In this document: one piece after another, positions 1-13,326 of the stretch
Numbering within the stretch: the first letter of the stretch is position 1
Layout of the letters: every line of letters starts with the position of its first letter
Assembly: GCA_964016885.1 (NCBI GenBank)
Contig: OZ024741.1
Location: 99,634,001 to 99,698,000, forward strand
Source: Eledone cirrhosa
Taxonomy: Eukaryota
Direction of reading: 5' to 3'
Length of the DNA stretch: 64,000 bases
Program-made: the position numbers and the translations under genes
The notes under the pieces: model-generated
What the model saw: the letters and a program-made list of their open reading frames with translations, nothing else
Databases searched by the model: none
Told to the model about the DNA's origin: nothing

Positions 1-77
1 CCAAGACAAGCTCAGAATATAAAGTTCCACAACCAATACCACAAAGCATCACTACCAACATTCTAACAATTCCATCC

Positions 78-165
78 TGGACTGGTACTTTGTCTTAACA
101 ACTCCAAAAGGATGAAAGGCTAAGTTGACCTCAGCAGGATATGAACTCAGTGCAGAGAACTAGAA
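78..165 (-). mobile_element. Decayed fragment of the tRNA-derived SINE family
   Basis: actggtacttt...ggatgaaaggctaagttgacctcagcaggatatgaactcag matches the reverse complement of the SINE copies at 18807 and 51149. Confidence 0.6.
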
Positions 166-859
166 CAAATATTTTAATGCATTTGTATGTGATCTAACAA
201 CCTTCAATTCACTGCTTTAACTTCTAGTTTCCTCTACTGGAACCTTCTGGTGTCCTTGGCCTTAGGGCCACCTTCCTACTTACCACCATCAGCACAGTTT
301 TGGCTACCCACAGGTGTGAGTCTCACAAGCTGAAATGACTCTTCCAGCATGTCTTCCTCACCATTCTCAGAATCAGCCAATGAACGAGTCCCTATGTAAA
401 CACTTGACTTGCTAGAAATAACAGCCATAGCTTCTTGACATCATACTCAAATCATCTTAATAATAATGAAAATTATTGTACACAATAATTTTCAGGATTG
501 TTATTAAGATGATTAGAGTATGATGTCAAGAAGATTTAAAGAAATGGCATATTGAGTAATGTAGTCCAAGATACACTGCTTGAAAATAAAATGTAAGGAT
601 CAGAGTTAGAACCACTTTGATTATAAACCTAGTTGATCAAAGCTGACCTGGGGCTAATCAGTAACCCTTGTTTCCCAGAAGGATAAATATCTGGGACTTA
701 AAGCCAGAACTGTCTTTAATAACAACTACAATAATAACACTAATGGCCTCATATAGGCACAAGATTTTACATATTGTGGAGATGGTTATGGTTGAAGGCT
801 GTACTTAACTGGTACTAATGTTATGGACCACAGAATGATGAAATGCAAACAAGTCCACT

Positions 860-1700
860 CACAACTTCCACCTTCACTCACTTCCACTCTCACTCACTCA
901 CGTCCACTCTTACTCCCGTCAACTCTCACTCACGTCCACTCTCACTCACGTCCACTCTCACTCACGTCCACTCTCACTCACGTCCACTCTCTCTCACATC
1001 CACTCTCTCTCACGTCCACTCTCTCTCATGTCCACTCTCTCTCACGTCCACTCTCTCTCATGTCCATTCTCTCACGTCCACTCTCACGTCCACTCTCACG
1101 TCCACTCTCTCACGTCCACTCTCACGTCCACTCTCTCACGTCCACTCTCTCACGTCCACTCTCTCACGTCCACTCTCTCACCTCCACTCTCTCACCTCCA
1201 CTCTTTCTCACGTCCACTCTTTCTCACGTCCACTCTCTCTCATGTCCACTCTCTCTCACATCCACTCTTTCTCACGTCCACTCTTTCTCACGTCCACTCT
1301 CTCACGTCCACTCTCTCTCACGTCCACTCTTTCTCACGTCCACTCTTTCTCGCGTCCACTCTTTCTCGCGTCCAATCTCTCTCACGTCCAATCTCTCTCA
1401 CGTCCACTCTCTCTCGCGTCCAATCTCTCTCGCATCCACTCTCTCTCGCGTCCACTTTCACTCACGTCCACTCTTTCTCGCGTCCAATCTCTCTCACGTC
1501 CAATCTCTCTCACGTCCACTCTCTCTCACGTCCACTCTCTCTCACGTCCACTCTTTCTCACGTCCACTCTCTCTCGCGTCCAATCTCTCTCGCATCCACT
1601 CTCTCTCGCGTCCACTTTCACTCACGTCCACTCTCTCTCACGTCCACTCTCACTCACTTCCACTCTCACTCTCTTCCACTCTCACTCTCTTCCACTCATA
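860..1700. repeat. Minisatellite with a 14-18 bp unit, CTCACGTCCACT(CT)n
   Basis: Dozens of tandem units are visible, with CGCGTCCAAT variants in the 3' half. This explains the three overlapping repetitive ORFs. Confidence 0.95.
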
Positions 1701-2070
1701 CTTACTTCCCTTCTCTCACACCCACACATACATAAGATTGTGATGGGGTAAGAGAGGGAGGGATTTTTAACTTGTATAAAAAATAGTGCAGTAGTTTTTG
1801 TGAGGTAATGGTGGTGGTGAAGGAGGAAAAGTAAGATAATAAAAGGTGTACAAGAGATATAACAGGGTGTCCAATGATGAAATAGAGAGAAAGGATAGAG
1901 TGAGATAGAGGAGTGAATGTTGATAAAACAAGGAGAAGTCCCTATTTTGCAATGATGTCTTGTTACAGGATATTACACCCTAAAGCTGTACAGACAGGCC
2001 TAAATCAAATCAACCACCTTTCTCTCTCTACATCTACTCTCTCACTCTCTCTACACATGTATAATATATA

Positions 2071-2102
<32 letters not shown>

Positions 2103-3229
2103 GTGTGTGTGTGTGTGTATATATATTATATATATATATATATATACACACCCTTGCAAGCAGGGAAAAGCGGACGTAAAATGATATTATATATATATAG
2201 GCTTCTAACATTTTCTGTTAATAATGTTTATTCATTTGTTTGGTTATTCGTTCATTCTGCATTCAATCATTTGTTTGTAACTACATCAACCCACTAGACA
2301 CAGCACACAGCACACAAACACACATATATATATATCACTGCCTATTCTTTTATTGAGATAGTTTCATACATTGCTATTGTCATATATCTTTTCCTCCTCC
2401 CCCTCTTCCTCACATTTCCCAATAAGCTCGATCTCTTCACTCCTCAATAATCTATCTATACATAGAAGCTTATATATACAGACTACCTTCTCTCAAGATA
2501 TTCATTTAAACTATTTATTTACCTCTGTCTACTCACTCACTCATACACATTACATACATATAAACACATACCAACAGATATACTATACAAACATACAGAA
2601 ACATAAATGCACACACATGCACACATACATACAGATAATGTTTGAAATTATCTTTTTTTTCTTTCCCTCTTAGCATCTCTTACCTTCAAGCTATTTCCCC
2701 ACTCCTGACCCATTGTATCCCTTGTTTCATTCCCTTTCTTGCCACCTCACACATACACACACACGCACATTATAAGCACATTCAGCTCCTTTTCCAGCTC
2801 TTTCCCATCCACCCCTCTGCCACCATGCTGCTCATTCTTTCTTCACTTTATTTCACCCTATTTCCTCCACCCGCTAGCCTACTTTAAGAAGTACTATTAA
2901 ATTCACATTGTCTCTTGTGTTAACACTGCAGCTCTTGTATAAGCAGTACCCTGAAGGGATGAAATTCATTACCACTACCGCCTTCACTACTACCATCACC
3001 ATCATCATCCTCATCACCTTCATTTGTGTTGGTGCTGGCAGCAGTTACATCATTGTCAACATTATCACCAGAGACATTATATAATCACAGTTATATCATG
3101 TTACTGTAATCTCTACTCAGTCACCACTCACACAAACCTTGCAGTACCTCAAAAATCATCCTTTCACTCTAATTCTCTAATTATGTCAGCTCTGTCCATA
3201 TCAGGGCGAAGGATACCCCCTTGACTTTG

Positions 3230-4100
3230 TTTTCTCCTGTATATATTCTTCCACCAGTCTTTCTCCCTGGAGGAATACTTGCACATTTCCTGTTAGAACT
3301 TGGATAGATTGCAACAGTAATGACTCTCTGATTGCTTTTTATCACCAATAACAGCACACCTCCACCTCATTTGTCCACTGTGTTGGTTCATGTTCAATAA
3401 CAACTATGGTAGCCACCCTTACATATAGATACTTGATACTTGGCTCTTCATTCTCATGTTATATTTCGATTGCATATAACGAGCACTTGCCACAGACTTC
3501 AATCTGATTGTTATTACAGAAAGCCAAGTTCAACTGTACATAGTGCAGTTGTAACCTGCGGCTGCACTACCCTCAACAACAGTATGAGATTCGTCAAATG
3601 AGATGTTCAATTCCGTAATGGCTTGGGATGGGTTAGAAGGCAATCTGTTTATTCAAGCTTTCTGTAATCTCTAAGCATGTCATGGCAGGTCTCAAAATTT
3701 GTTCTTAACTCATCATCATGGCATCCAACCGTGATTAAAATAAATGGGGATAGAAAATATAATAAATACCAGATATTGGTTTGACTGAAACCTAGAGGTC
3801 AATAATTTCGTTGTAAATGTCATAAACAGCATAAAATACTGGAGCTGTTCCCTGTTATGTACATTAGAAAGAATTCAAGATTAACATTCTTTATTGCTGA
3901 GACAATGTCTGTTTGTTTAAGAAATATACCAACAAATTTCCCAGTTGATAAAGAGAGCCATTCAGAAGTCAAGTGGATACATTTCATAAAGCTATGCCTT
4001 AAAGACTTCAAACTTGTTAAAGATGTCACTCTGACTGGCCTGAAGGGTTTGTGAATGTTATGGGCATTGAGCAATAGGTGAAGAAATTGTCAAACCAAGT
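3230..4100 (-). mobile_element. Heavily decayed LINE fragment (APE endonuclease start, possible ORF1 end)
   Basis: The minus strand near 3340-3375 translates DK*GGGVLLLV, resembling the APE motif RGGGV. ORF 3820-4074 (RPVRVT...GIFLK) resembles a CR1/L2 ORF1 C-terminus. Boundaries are approximate. Confidence 0.35.
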
Positions 4101-4295
4101 TAATTGTTAAGATTCCACCTTGTATTCCAATCCATTAACAGTAGATGAAGCCATATAGTGAAGTTTACATTAACAGTGTACTGGTGACATAAGTCTTGTG
4201 GCTAACATGTGAAGAAACTCATTGACTGTTTAATTTTAGTTTTCACTTAAGGCTCTTCAAATCTGTCAACTTGCAATATTCCAATGAAATTATAA

Positions 4296-4335
<40 letters not shown>

Positions 4336-4535
4336 NNNNNNNNNNNNNNNNNNNNNNNNNNNNNNNNNNNNNNNNNNNNNNNNNNNNNNNNNNNNNNNNN
4401 NNNNNNNNNNNNNNNNNNNNNNNNNNNNNNNNNNNNNNNNNNNNNNNNNNNNNNNNNNNNNNNNNNNNNNNNNNNNNNNNNNNNNNNNNNNNNNNNNNNN
4501 NNNNNNNNNNNNNNNNNNNNNNNNNNNNNNNNNNN
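4336..4535. other. Assembly gap (200 N) following a (CT)n tract
   Basis: Run of N characters. Confidence 1.
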
Positions 4536-5345
4536 ACTAACATACTAACATCCCTCCCTTCTCCCCACCCCCTCCTTAGCACACGCACACACCTACCGGC
4601 ATATATATACACGCGCTCACACTAAACACATACCCTACTACCACCCTAACCCTCACGCCCACACATCCACCTCACCACCCCGCAACTAACATCACTAACA
4701 CCCCCTGACCCCAAGCACACAAACACACACACCCACTTACACAACCCACCCTACACGCAACTAACATCACTAACACCCCCCAGCCCTACGCACACGTACA
4801 CACACACCCTCTTACACCACCCACTCTACACACCCTACCACCACTGACCCCCACTAACACCCCCTTCACCAAACACACACACCAGTACACCACACTCCCT
4901 CCATCGACCCCCACACCCTTCTCTCCCCGCTCCACCCACACCCTTTCTCAAACACTCACTCATCCCACTAACACCTCTACTAATACACACACAGCCCCTC
5001 CTCACCCCAACTTTCACACCTACCCATCCTCTCCCCTTTATCATTTAACCCTACTGCTGCTATGCCCACTGACCACCTCCCCGCACACACAGACACACAA
5101 CACACCTTCACTCACCATTCTACCCTACTGCTGCTATTCCCTCTGACCACCTCCCCGCACACACAGACACCCAACACTCCTCCTGCCTTGACCACTTCCT
5201 GTTGCACCCGCACCCCACATCTCCCCTCTTCCGACCAATCTCTTCACGGATTACACGTATGTGAACCTTGATCCCACCCACTCTCAAGAGCGTGAAATTA
5301 ATAAACATTTGTTGTACTGCCTCTCTGTTTTGTTCCCGTTCAATT
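4536..5345 (+). repeat. C/A-rich dispersed repeat, internally deleted relative to the copy at 53675-54975; probable PLE 3' terminus
   Basis: Shares long blocks with 53675-54975 (caccaccccgcaactaacatcactaacaccccctgacc; ctctc.agagcgtgaaattaataaacatt). It is followed by (TA)n. Confidence 0.8.
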
Positions 5346-5363
5346 TTTAATTATATATATATG

Positions 5364-5458
<95 letters not shown>

Positions 5459-5473
5459 ATATGTATATATATA

Positions 5474-5506
<33 letters not shown>

Positions 5507-5565
5507 TTATATACATGTATGTATGTGTGTGTGTATATGTCTGTATATATATATGTATATATATA

Positions 5566-5610
<45 letters not shown>

Positions 5611-5663
5611 GTGTGTGTATGCATGTATGTATAAGTGTGTGTATGTTTGTATATATATATATA

Positions 5664-6111
5664 GGACGTTATATATATATATAGGGCGTTATAGTTCACT
5701 TGAAGCATTGTGTAATGAGGTATAAACGTTTGAATTTGTAAAGCCAAAACAATGCACGTATGGACATAGAATAAAAAAAAAATGCAAATGCAAAATATAT
5801 TGTTGACAATTAGTCTTTTACATTAGATTTATTTAAATGTCCTTAATTTTCGAGATAATATCTGTTCTTCGGAGGGAAGTAAAGCGGTTAAACCAGTGTT
5901 CTAAATAGTTTGACTTGGCAAGCTATTTAGAACACTCGTTTAACCGCTTTACTTCCCTCCGAAGAAGAGATATTATCTCGAAAATTAAGGACATTTTAAA
6001 TAAATCTAAGGTAAAAGACTAATTCTCAACAATATCTTTTGCAATTGCATTTTTCTTATTCTATTTTTCTTATTCTATGTCCATATGGCTTTACACATTC
6101 AAACGTTTATA
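5664..6111. mobile_element. Fold-back palindrome of about 390 bp (arms 5721-5911 and 5919-6111) between (TA)n tracts; probable non-coding PLE terminus
   Basis: The arms are reverse complements (tataaacgtttgaa...ttctaaatag / ctatttagaa...ttcaaacgtttata), and each contains a hammerhead-like motif. Confidence 0.8.
5956..5990 (+). ncRNA. Minimal hammerhead-like motif with variant core CCGAAGA; mirror copy at 5841-5875 on the minus strand
   Basis: CCT-CCGAAGA-A-GAGAT att ATCTC-GAAA-AT-TA-AGG gives a 3-bp stem I, a 5-bp stem II and a palindromic AATT stem III. Confidence 0.55.
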
Positions 6112-6196
<85 letters not shown>

Positions 6197-6349
6197 ATAT
6201 ATATATACATGTATGTTTGTGTGTGTGTATATATATATACATATATATGTATATATATATATGTATAAATATATATATATATGTATGTATATATATGTAC
6301 ATATATGCATATATGTATATGTGTATTTATATATGTATATATATATGTA

Positions 6350-6391
<42 letters not shown>

Positions 6392-6516
6392 AATATGTGA
6401 GTATATGTATGTATATATATATATGTGTGTGTATGTATATATATATATTTTTGTATGTGTAATTATGTATTTTTGTATATGTGTATATATGTGTAGATGT
6501 GTTTGTATATGTTTGC

Positions 6517-6562
<46 letters not shown>

Positions 6563-6614
6563 GCAAACATATACAAACACATCTACACATATACACATAT
6601 GCCACTCCTTATTT

Positions 6615-6648
6615 ATGTTTATCTTAAGCTATATTTCAGGTGTCACCA

Positions 6649-6693
<45 letters not shown>

Positions 6694-6694
6694 G

Positions 6695-6726
<32 letters not shown>

Positions 6727-7100
6727 GGGGGGTCTGGTGACACCTTAAATATAGCTTAAGATAAACATGACAATGATGATAGGCACCCAATATTTGAACT
6801 GGTTTATAGAATTCTCTTGGCCTTTGTCACTCTAATTTGAGCTTTAAATAATTAGCTTTTAAAGAATTTCCCTTTTCTTTAAACCCATCAACCATGACCG
6901 ACCCCCGACCATCTTATAGACACCTGAAATATAGGCATTGTTAGCGTAAGAGAAATTTAAAAAGAAGGATTGGCACCCCAATTTGAACTTGTTTATAGAA
7001 TTTTTTCTGCCTTTGTCACTCTAAATATAAATTATAGCCTTAAAGAATTAGCTTTTAATGAATTCCTTTTTCTTTCAACCAATGACCTCCACCCATCCCA
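6615..7100. repeat. 37-bp inverted repeat (6615-6651 / 6732-6768) around (CA)n-(TA)n-(TG)n, followed by two tandem units of about 190 bp
   Basis: atgtttatcttaagctatatttcaggtgtcaccagac versus gtctggtgacaccttaaatatagcttaagataaacat. The block ggcacccaa...gcctttgtcactctaa repeats at about 6782 and 6972. Confidence 0.75.
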
Positions 7101-7712
7101 CTCCCCACAATCTCCTACCACATGAAAGATGTAAATAAATACCACAACATTTTTTGGGGACAGCCAGACTCCTGATGATTTCTAAAGAATGAAACAGTTC
7201 TAGTCCTGTAGAATCTCATCTATATTAAAACGTTTTACTCTGCTATGTAATGAGTACCTTACTTACTGTGTTTACCTCCGATTCGACCCGGAATAACCTT
7301 CCTTTACCTATATATATATATATCAAGGTTCAGCAAATAAGAAAAAGTTTTAAAATAAATTTCAAAAAATTCACTGTACTTACTATGGTTACCTTTACCG
7401 AATGGTTTCGAGTCTCAAAAATAAATGGATAGTCATTGCGGGCCTCCATTGAAAAGATAAACTCTCGTCAGAAGGTTCTTTTCACTCGGAGAATATAAAA
7501 TTCCAGAGTTCGAATTACGAATTGACGCTATTCAAAATTGTTCCCGAGATGAGAATGAATGATGTGGAAGGCAGAGGCAGGGAGGTCAATCTACTACCAC
7601 TATAAGTAGCAGCAGTCAAAACGACCAAATTTTATCTCGACCAGGGGGAGTTTAATAATAATAAAGTATATATCCCTACACGCAAAAAACATATATATAT
7701 ATACAGGCAAAA

Positions 7713-7750
<38 letters not shown>

Positions 7751-8965
7751 GAGAGAGTGAGAGAGAGATGTCAGTATGTATATATATTTTTATATGTATG
7801 TGCATATAAAGCTATATTTACAGCTCGCGCCCATGCATATATATTTATTAACGCTATAAGTTGTGTTTGCATTAGTGAAGGACTTCGTGGGAGCAAATAA
7901 AAACGATTTAATTTTGAAATCGAAATGCTGGTTTACATTCGCTATTGTTGTAGTTAAAACCAAGATTGCAATAAACGGTGGCTTACTAAATATTATTTGC
8001 ACAAAAAGAATTGATAGTATTATTCTTTTTGTCTTACGTGACTACGGTGCCATCTTGTATCATTTTGGTGTTTCAACTCCTGGTGTCTCCACTGCTTAAA
8101 TATTTTGTATCCATATGGTGCATACATTAGGAATTAATACATTTCATTTCTAAGCCTTGTCGAAGATGAGGTTTTTTTCACCCTGCACATGCAAAACATT
8201 TTTCTTCTTGGGAGGAGGGGTTTCAATATGTTCACGTTCGTTCATGACGTTTTCATCGTTAACAGCAAAACAATACATCGTAGTTGGAATAACAAAAAAT
8301 GCCTTTATTCAATTTTCGAACTTCGTGTGGTTCTCACAAGAAAGAATATATAATTTTGGTATGTTTAAATATCTATATCGGGTACCTTTATTCGGTATAT
8401 ATACACATATATATTTATCATATACTCAAGCTGTGTAGTGAACAACGTAATATATATCTTAACTCTGCTCTACCGGGGTCATAATTAACCCTGTTATTAA
8501 CCTAGCATAAGCTCTAATAATATGCTAATTTCTATTACCATTCCAGTTATAACATTAAGGGATTAATGATATATATCCAGGATTATATATTTCCCTGTGG
8601 TTGTTTATTTGATATACTGACATTCTGAGGAGGAGTCTGATTAAGTTCGACAATCAACTAAGCGTATTTCTCATTTTTCTTTTCCAATTTACAAGGAAAT
8701 ACGGATATTTGTCATGTTTACATGTACATACTTCACTTACCGAAATATGTCAAACTGGTTAGCGCACAAATTTATATATATAAATATATATGAATACACA
8801 CAAACGCAGGCAGGTATACACACACACATATATAAATGTATTTATAATAGGCAGATTCCTGTAGGGGATCGAGGTAGGGATCATATTTAGAAAAGGTACT
8901 CATTCTGTTAGTAGAGTATAAACATTTCTATTTCTACAGGACTAGAACTGATTTAGTCATATGAA

Positions 8966-9101
<136 letters not shown>

Positions 9102-9135
9102 CATATATATACATATATATACATATTTATATATG

Positions 9136-9191
<56 letters not shown>

Positions 9192-9312
9192 TGCATGTGT
9201 GTGTGTGTGTGTATCTCGGGTTGAATCGGTGGTAAGGTACTTAATATATAATAGAGCATGTAGAATATAGATTTAGAAATCGCTTCTACAAGACTAGTCT
9301 TCTAAAAGCCAT

Positions 9313-9452
<140 letters not shown>

Positions 9453-10029
9453 ATAATAATAAATTTGAAGACTAAAATCCAAAGAGGGCTCGATAAGGAT
9501 AAATATATATCAAATATATAAGAACCGTAGAGCAAATATTTATTAAAATAGCAGATTAAAGTTTAAGCAAAGAATCCCTGCTTTCACCCTTAACGGGATC
9601 TTCTGAAACTAAAAAAATGAATCTGTGAACTCAGAAGTAAATATTTCGAAAAACGTTGCAACCGAAGGAAGACAGGAAGACGATACTTTGGTTCGTGCTA
9701 ACGTTCCCTGGCAAAGAACGAAAATAAAACGAAGATAATACGTCATAATTCGGAGCGTTGAAAACAATTACACGCAAAGACAAAACCACGTTAATGGTAT
9801 AAATGAAGTCGTAGACTAATATTCTATTAGGTGGTTTGTGGTGATGTTCTCTGACACTGAACGGAAAAACGAAGATAATACGTCATTATGTGGAGCGTGG
9901 AGAACAATTACACGCAAAGACAAAACCACGTTTATGGTATAACTGAAGTCGTTGACTAAAATTCTATCAGGAATGATTCTCGGCTTCAGAGTTAAGAATA
10001 ATTTAACTAAATTATAGAGGTAATTGAAA

Positions 10030-10352
10030 ACATAGGGTTAACCGCCGATAGATTCAAGCAGCGTCTTTACATGCATACCCATTCTTTTCTTAGCCCTTTA
10101 AGAAGGAATGTGACGTCACTCTCATCTTATATTTGGAGTCTAAAAGACAACCACAGCCAATATAAGTTACACTGGGAGATCCTAGCTAAGGCTAGATCGT
10201 ATAACGGAAATAAAAGACCATGTGACCTGTGCGCCGCTGAAGCCCTGGAAATACTCAACGCCAAAGACCACATCTTAAACAAAAAATCTGAGGCAATTTC
10301 GACTTATAAACATAAATTGCACAAAAGTTTCCTGTATTACAGTCCCACATAA
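10030..10352 (+). pseudogene. GIY-YIG endonuclease C-terminal fragment of a PLE
   Basis: (Y)IGLTADRFKQRLYMH...LSSYIWSLKD...WEILAKA...CDLC..E...LNKKSE follows the same pattern as the C-terminus of the 26890 ORF. Confidence 0.85.
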
Positions 10353-11356
10353 TACTCTAACGGATAGTACGAACTATACGCGAATATTTTACGTCTTGAT
10401 GCGGTAGCTAAGTATATGTTATATTGCCATTACTTATTTGTATAAGTAAGTATATATTACCTGTATGTTTTTAGAACGTATATTTCCTTGTATATGTTAT
10501 AGGCGTATATATTATATTATATATACTGGTACATGTGCTTATGGTGGTGTGTATACGTGAGTGTTGCGTCTGTGTGAGTATGCGGGTTCGTACGTATGTA
10601 GGGTGTGTGTATATGTGTACTTTGTGTTTTGGTTGACGTAGTTTAGCGAAGATATGTGTATTTACATGTAGGTATGTGTGTGCGCGCGTTATATACGTAT
10701 TTATGTGTGTATATTTATATACGTTTATATAATTATATGTATACACGCGCACGCGCACACACACATATATATATATATTTTTTATAAATATTTTTATGTG
10801 TATTTGGTGTATACGTTCGTATGTTTGCGGTTACAGGCGTTGTGTGGGTTCTGTACGTGTGTACGTGTTTTTTGTGAACGTGCTTTTATTTGCATACCGA
10901 TGGCGGGTGTTTTCGCGTATGCATGTGTATGTACGATATAGATGCGTGCATGTATATATTTAATTTTTGTTGATTTCAATTACCTCTGTAATTTATTTAC
11001 ATTATTCTTAACTCCGAAGCCGAGAATCATTCCTAATAGTTATACCATAAACGTGGTTTTGTCTTTGCGTGTAATTGTTCTCACCGTCCCACATAATGAT
11101 GTATTATCTTCGTCTTTTCCGTTCATTGCCAGAGAACCTCTCCACGAACCACTTAATAGAATATTAGTCTACGTCTTCATTTATACCATAAACGTGGTTT
11201 TGTCGTTGCGTGTAATTGCTTTCACCGATCCAAATAATGATGTATTATATTCGTTTGTTTTCGTTCTTTGACAGAGAACATTTCCACGAACCAAAGCATC
11301 GTCTGCCTGTCTTTCTTCGGTTGCAACGTTTTTCGAAATATTTACTTCTGCGTTCA

Positions 11357-11430
11357 CAGATTGATCTTTTTAGTTTCAGAAGATCCCGTTAAGGGTGAAA
11401 GCAACGATTCTTTGCTTAAACTTTAATCTG
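11357..11430 (+). ncRNA. Type I hammerhead-like ribozyme with variant core CAGAAGA; mirror copy at 9552-9625 on the minus strand
   Basis: CAGATTGA..AGTTT-CAGAAGA-tCCC gttaa GGGt-GAAA-GCAA cgattct TTGC-TT-AAACT-TTAATCTG. All three stems pair, and stem I extends past a bulge. Confidence 0.7.
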
Positions 11431-11639
11431 TTAATTTATATAATAGCGAAAAAGAAAGAAAACAGTAGAAAAAGTAACGGGATTTTCTCACAGAATAACA
11501 TCAAAACATTTATTTACAAAATCGGTATTTCCGCATTATTTGTACCGGTTTCAGGTTGTTGGCTTCTTCATACGACGGATTTAAATTGCATATTAATCAG
11601 AACAATAAGTATATGAGAAGAAATTTTTTTATATACTGA

Positions 11640-12090
11640 ATAGGAATTTCTTCAGAGCTGCTGTGGATTCTGTGCTTGTTTATGGCTCTATCACTTGGAC
11701 GCTAACCTCAACACTGGAGAAAAAGCTAGACGGGGCATACACACGTATGCTCCGTGCTGCTTTATACTTATCTTGGAGGGAACACCCAACAAATAAGGAT
11801 CTCTATGGCAATATACCACATATCAGCAAGTCAATACGTAAACAGAGAATCAGATTTGATGGCCACTGTTGGCGCAACAAGGAAGAAATAGCAGGTGATG
11901 TATTGTTATGGTGTCCATCTCATGGAGCAAGAAACGGTGGTGGTCCCAAGAAGACATACGTCAAGCAGCTTGAGGACGATACTGGATGCACTGCGGAAGA
12001 ACTGACAAACGGTATGAGAGACAGAGATGGATGGAGAAAACGTGTCGGAGAAGGCCGAGCAAGCTCGACTTGATGATGATGATGATGTAT
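11640..12090 (+). mobile_element. RTE-clade LINE 3' fragment (RT C-terminus) with (TGA)n tail
   Basis: SVLVYGSITWTLT...LDGAYTRMLR...SW..H.TN..LYG...RFDGHCWR is a typical RTE RT end. The stop runs into tgatgatgatgatg. Confidence 0.85.
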
Positions 12091-12276
12091 AGAAAAGTTC
12101 ACATTTTTGTATGTAGTTTTCTCTGTTTCTCTCTTAGTGTTGACCTTAGATGTGTCACCATTAATAGTATAAATAAATGTTTTGATGTTATTCTGAGAGA
12201 AAATCCCTTTAGCATTTTCTACTGTTCTTTTTTTTTTTACTATTTTATATATATCAACTCGTGTGTCAATTGTCTA

Positions 12277-12345
<69 letters not shown>

Positions 12346-12799
12346 TCTCTTTATATATATATAAATATGTGTGTGTGTGTGTGTGTTCGTGTTCGTGTGT
12401 GAGTGTGCTTTTGTTTATGTATGGGTGTTGTGTGTGTGTGTGTATGTGTGTGCATGTACGTATATCCAAATGGTAGTTCGCCCAAGTTACAGGTTCATAT
12501 AATTTATCTAGAAGTAAAATTTATTCTACGGAAATTAATCAGCTTAACTACACGATTTTAGTCCAGGGAGAGATGTTAGCACATGAAATAGAAAAAGGCT
12601 TTACTACAAAAAGAGGTAAGTATGTAGAACATTCATATTCATACACACGCATACATGTTTTTATGTTAATATAGTTTTTGTTTTTTGAGTCTCTTTCACA
12701 TCCGTCAACCAATGTTCCAGGTTATGGAACAGCGGAAAAGCCTGCACGTGACACTAATGTGAAAGGAGCCGAAGATTTCACAGGGGACATTCAGCTGAC

Positions 12800-12960
12800 T
12801 CTTTGAATTACAGATACGATTCATTTTTACCATATCAATGGTCGGTACAACGTGAACTAAAGTGTCTTACTCAAGAAACCGTTGCGCCAACAGGAGTCGA
12901 ACTCACGTACGTGAATATGTATACAAAACGAAGTGCCGAGTAGTTAAGTCAATTTCAAAG
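12800..12960 (-). mobile_element. Decayed SINE relic from a second family
   Basis: gtgtcttactcaagaa...ggagtcgaactcac gives a B-box-like GAGTTCGACTCC on the minus strand. Confidence 0.4.
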
Positions 12961-13097
12961 ACCACACCACCATTGATACACATCCACACGTAATAATACA
13001 TATGTCTATATACACACACATACACACATATACATTCATATGTATGCGTGTGTGTATATATGTACATATATATGTGTGTGTGTATATATATATATAC

Positions 13098-13189
<92 letters not shown>

Positions 13190-13240
13190 ATATATATGTA
13201 TATATATATTATATTATATTTTATATATATATATATATAC

Positions 13241-13326
<86 letters not shown>

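Noticed and set aside
823-1751. Three ORFs of 235-306 aa
   Set aside because: They are translations of a C/T-rich minisatellite that cannot form stop codons.
8620-8665. CTGAGGA as a hammerhead core
   Set aside because: No GAAA or convincing stems follow it.
12560-12622. Possible small host exon ending AG|GTAAGT
   Set aside because: There are no partner exons and the peptide is not recognisable. Such sites arise by chance.
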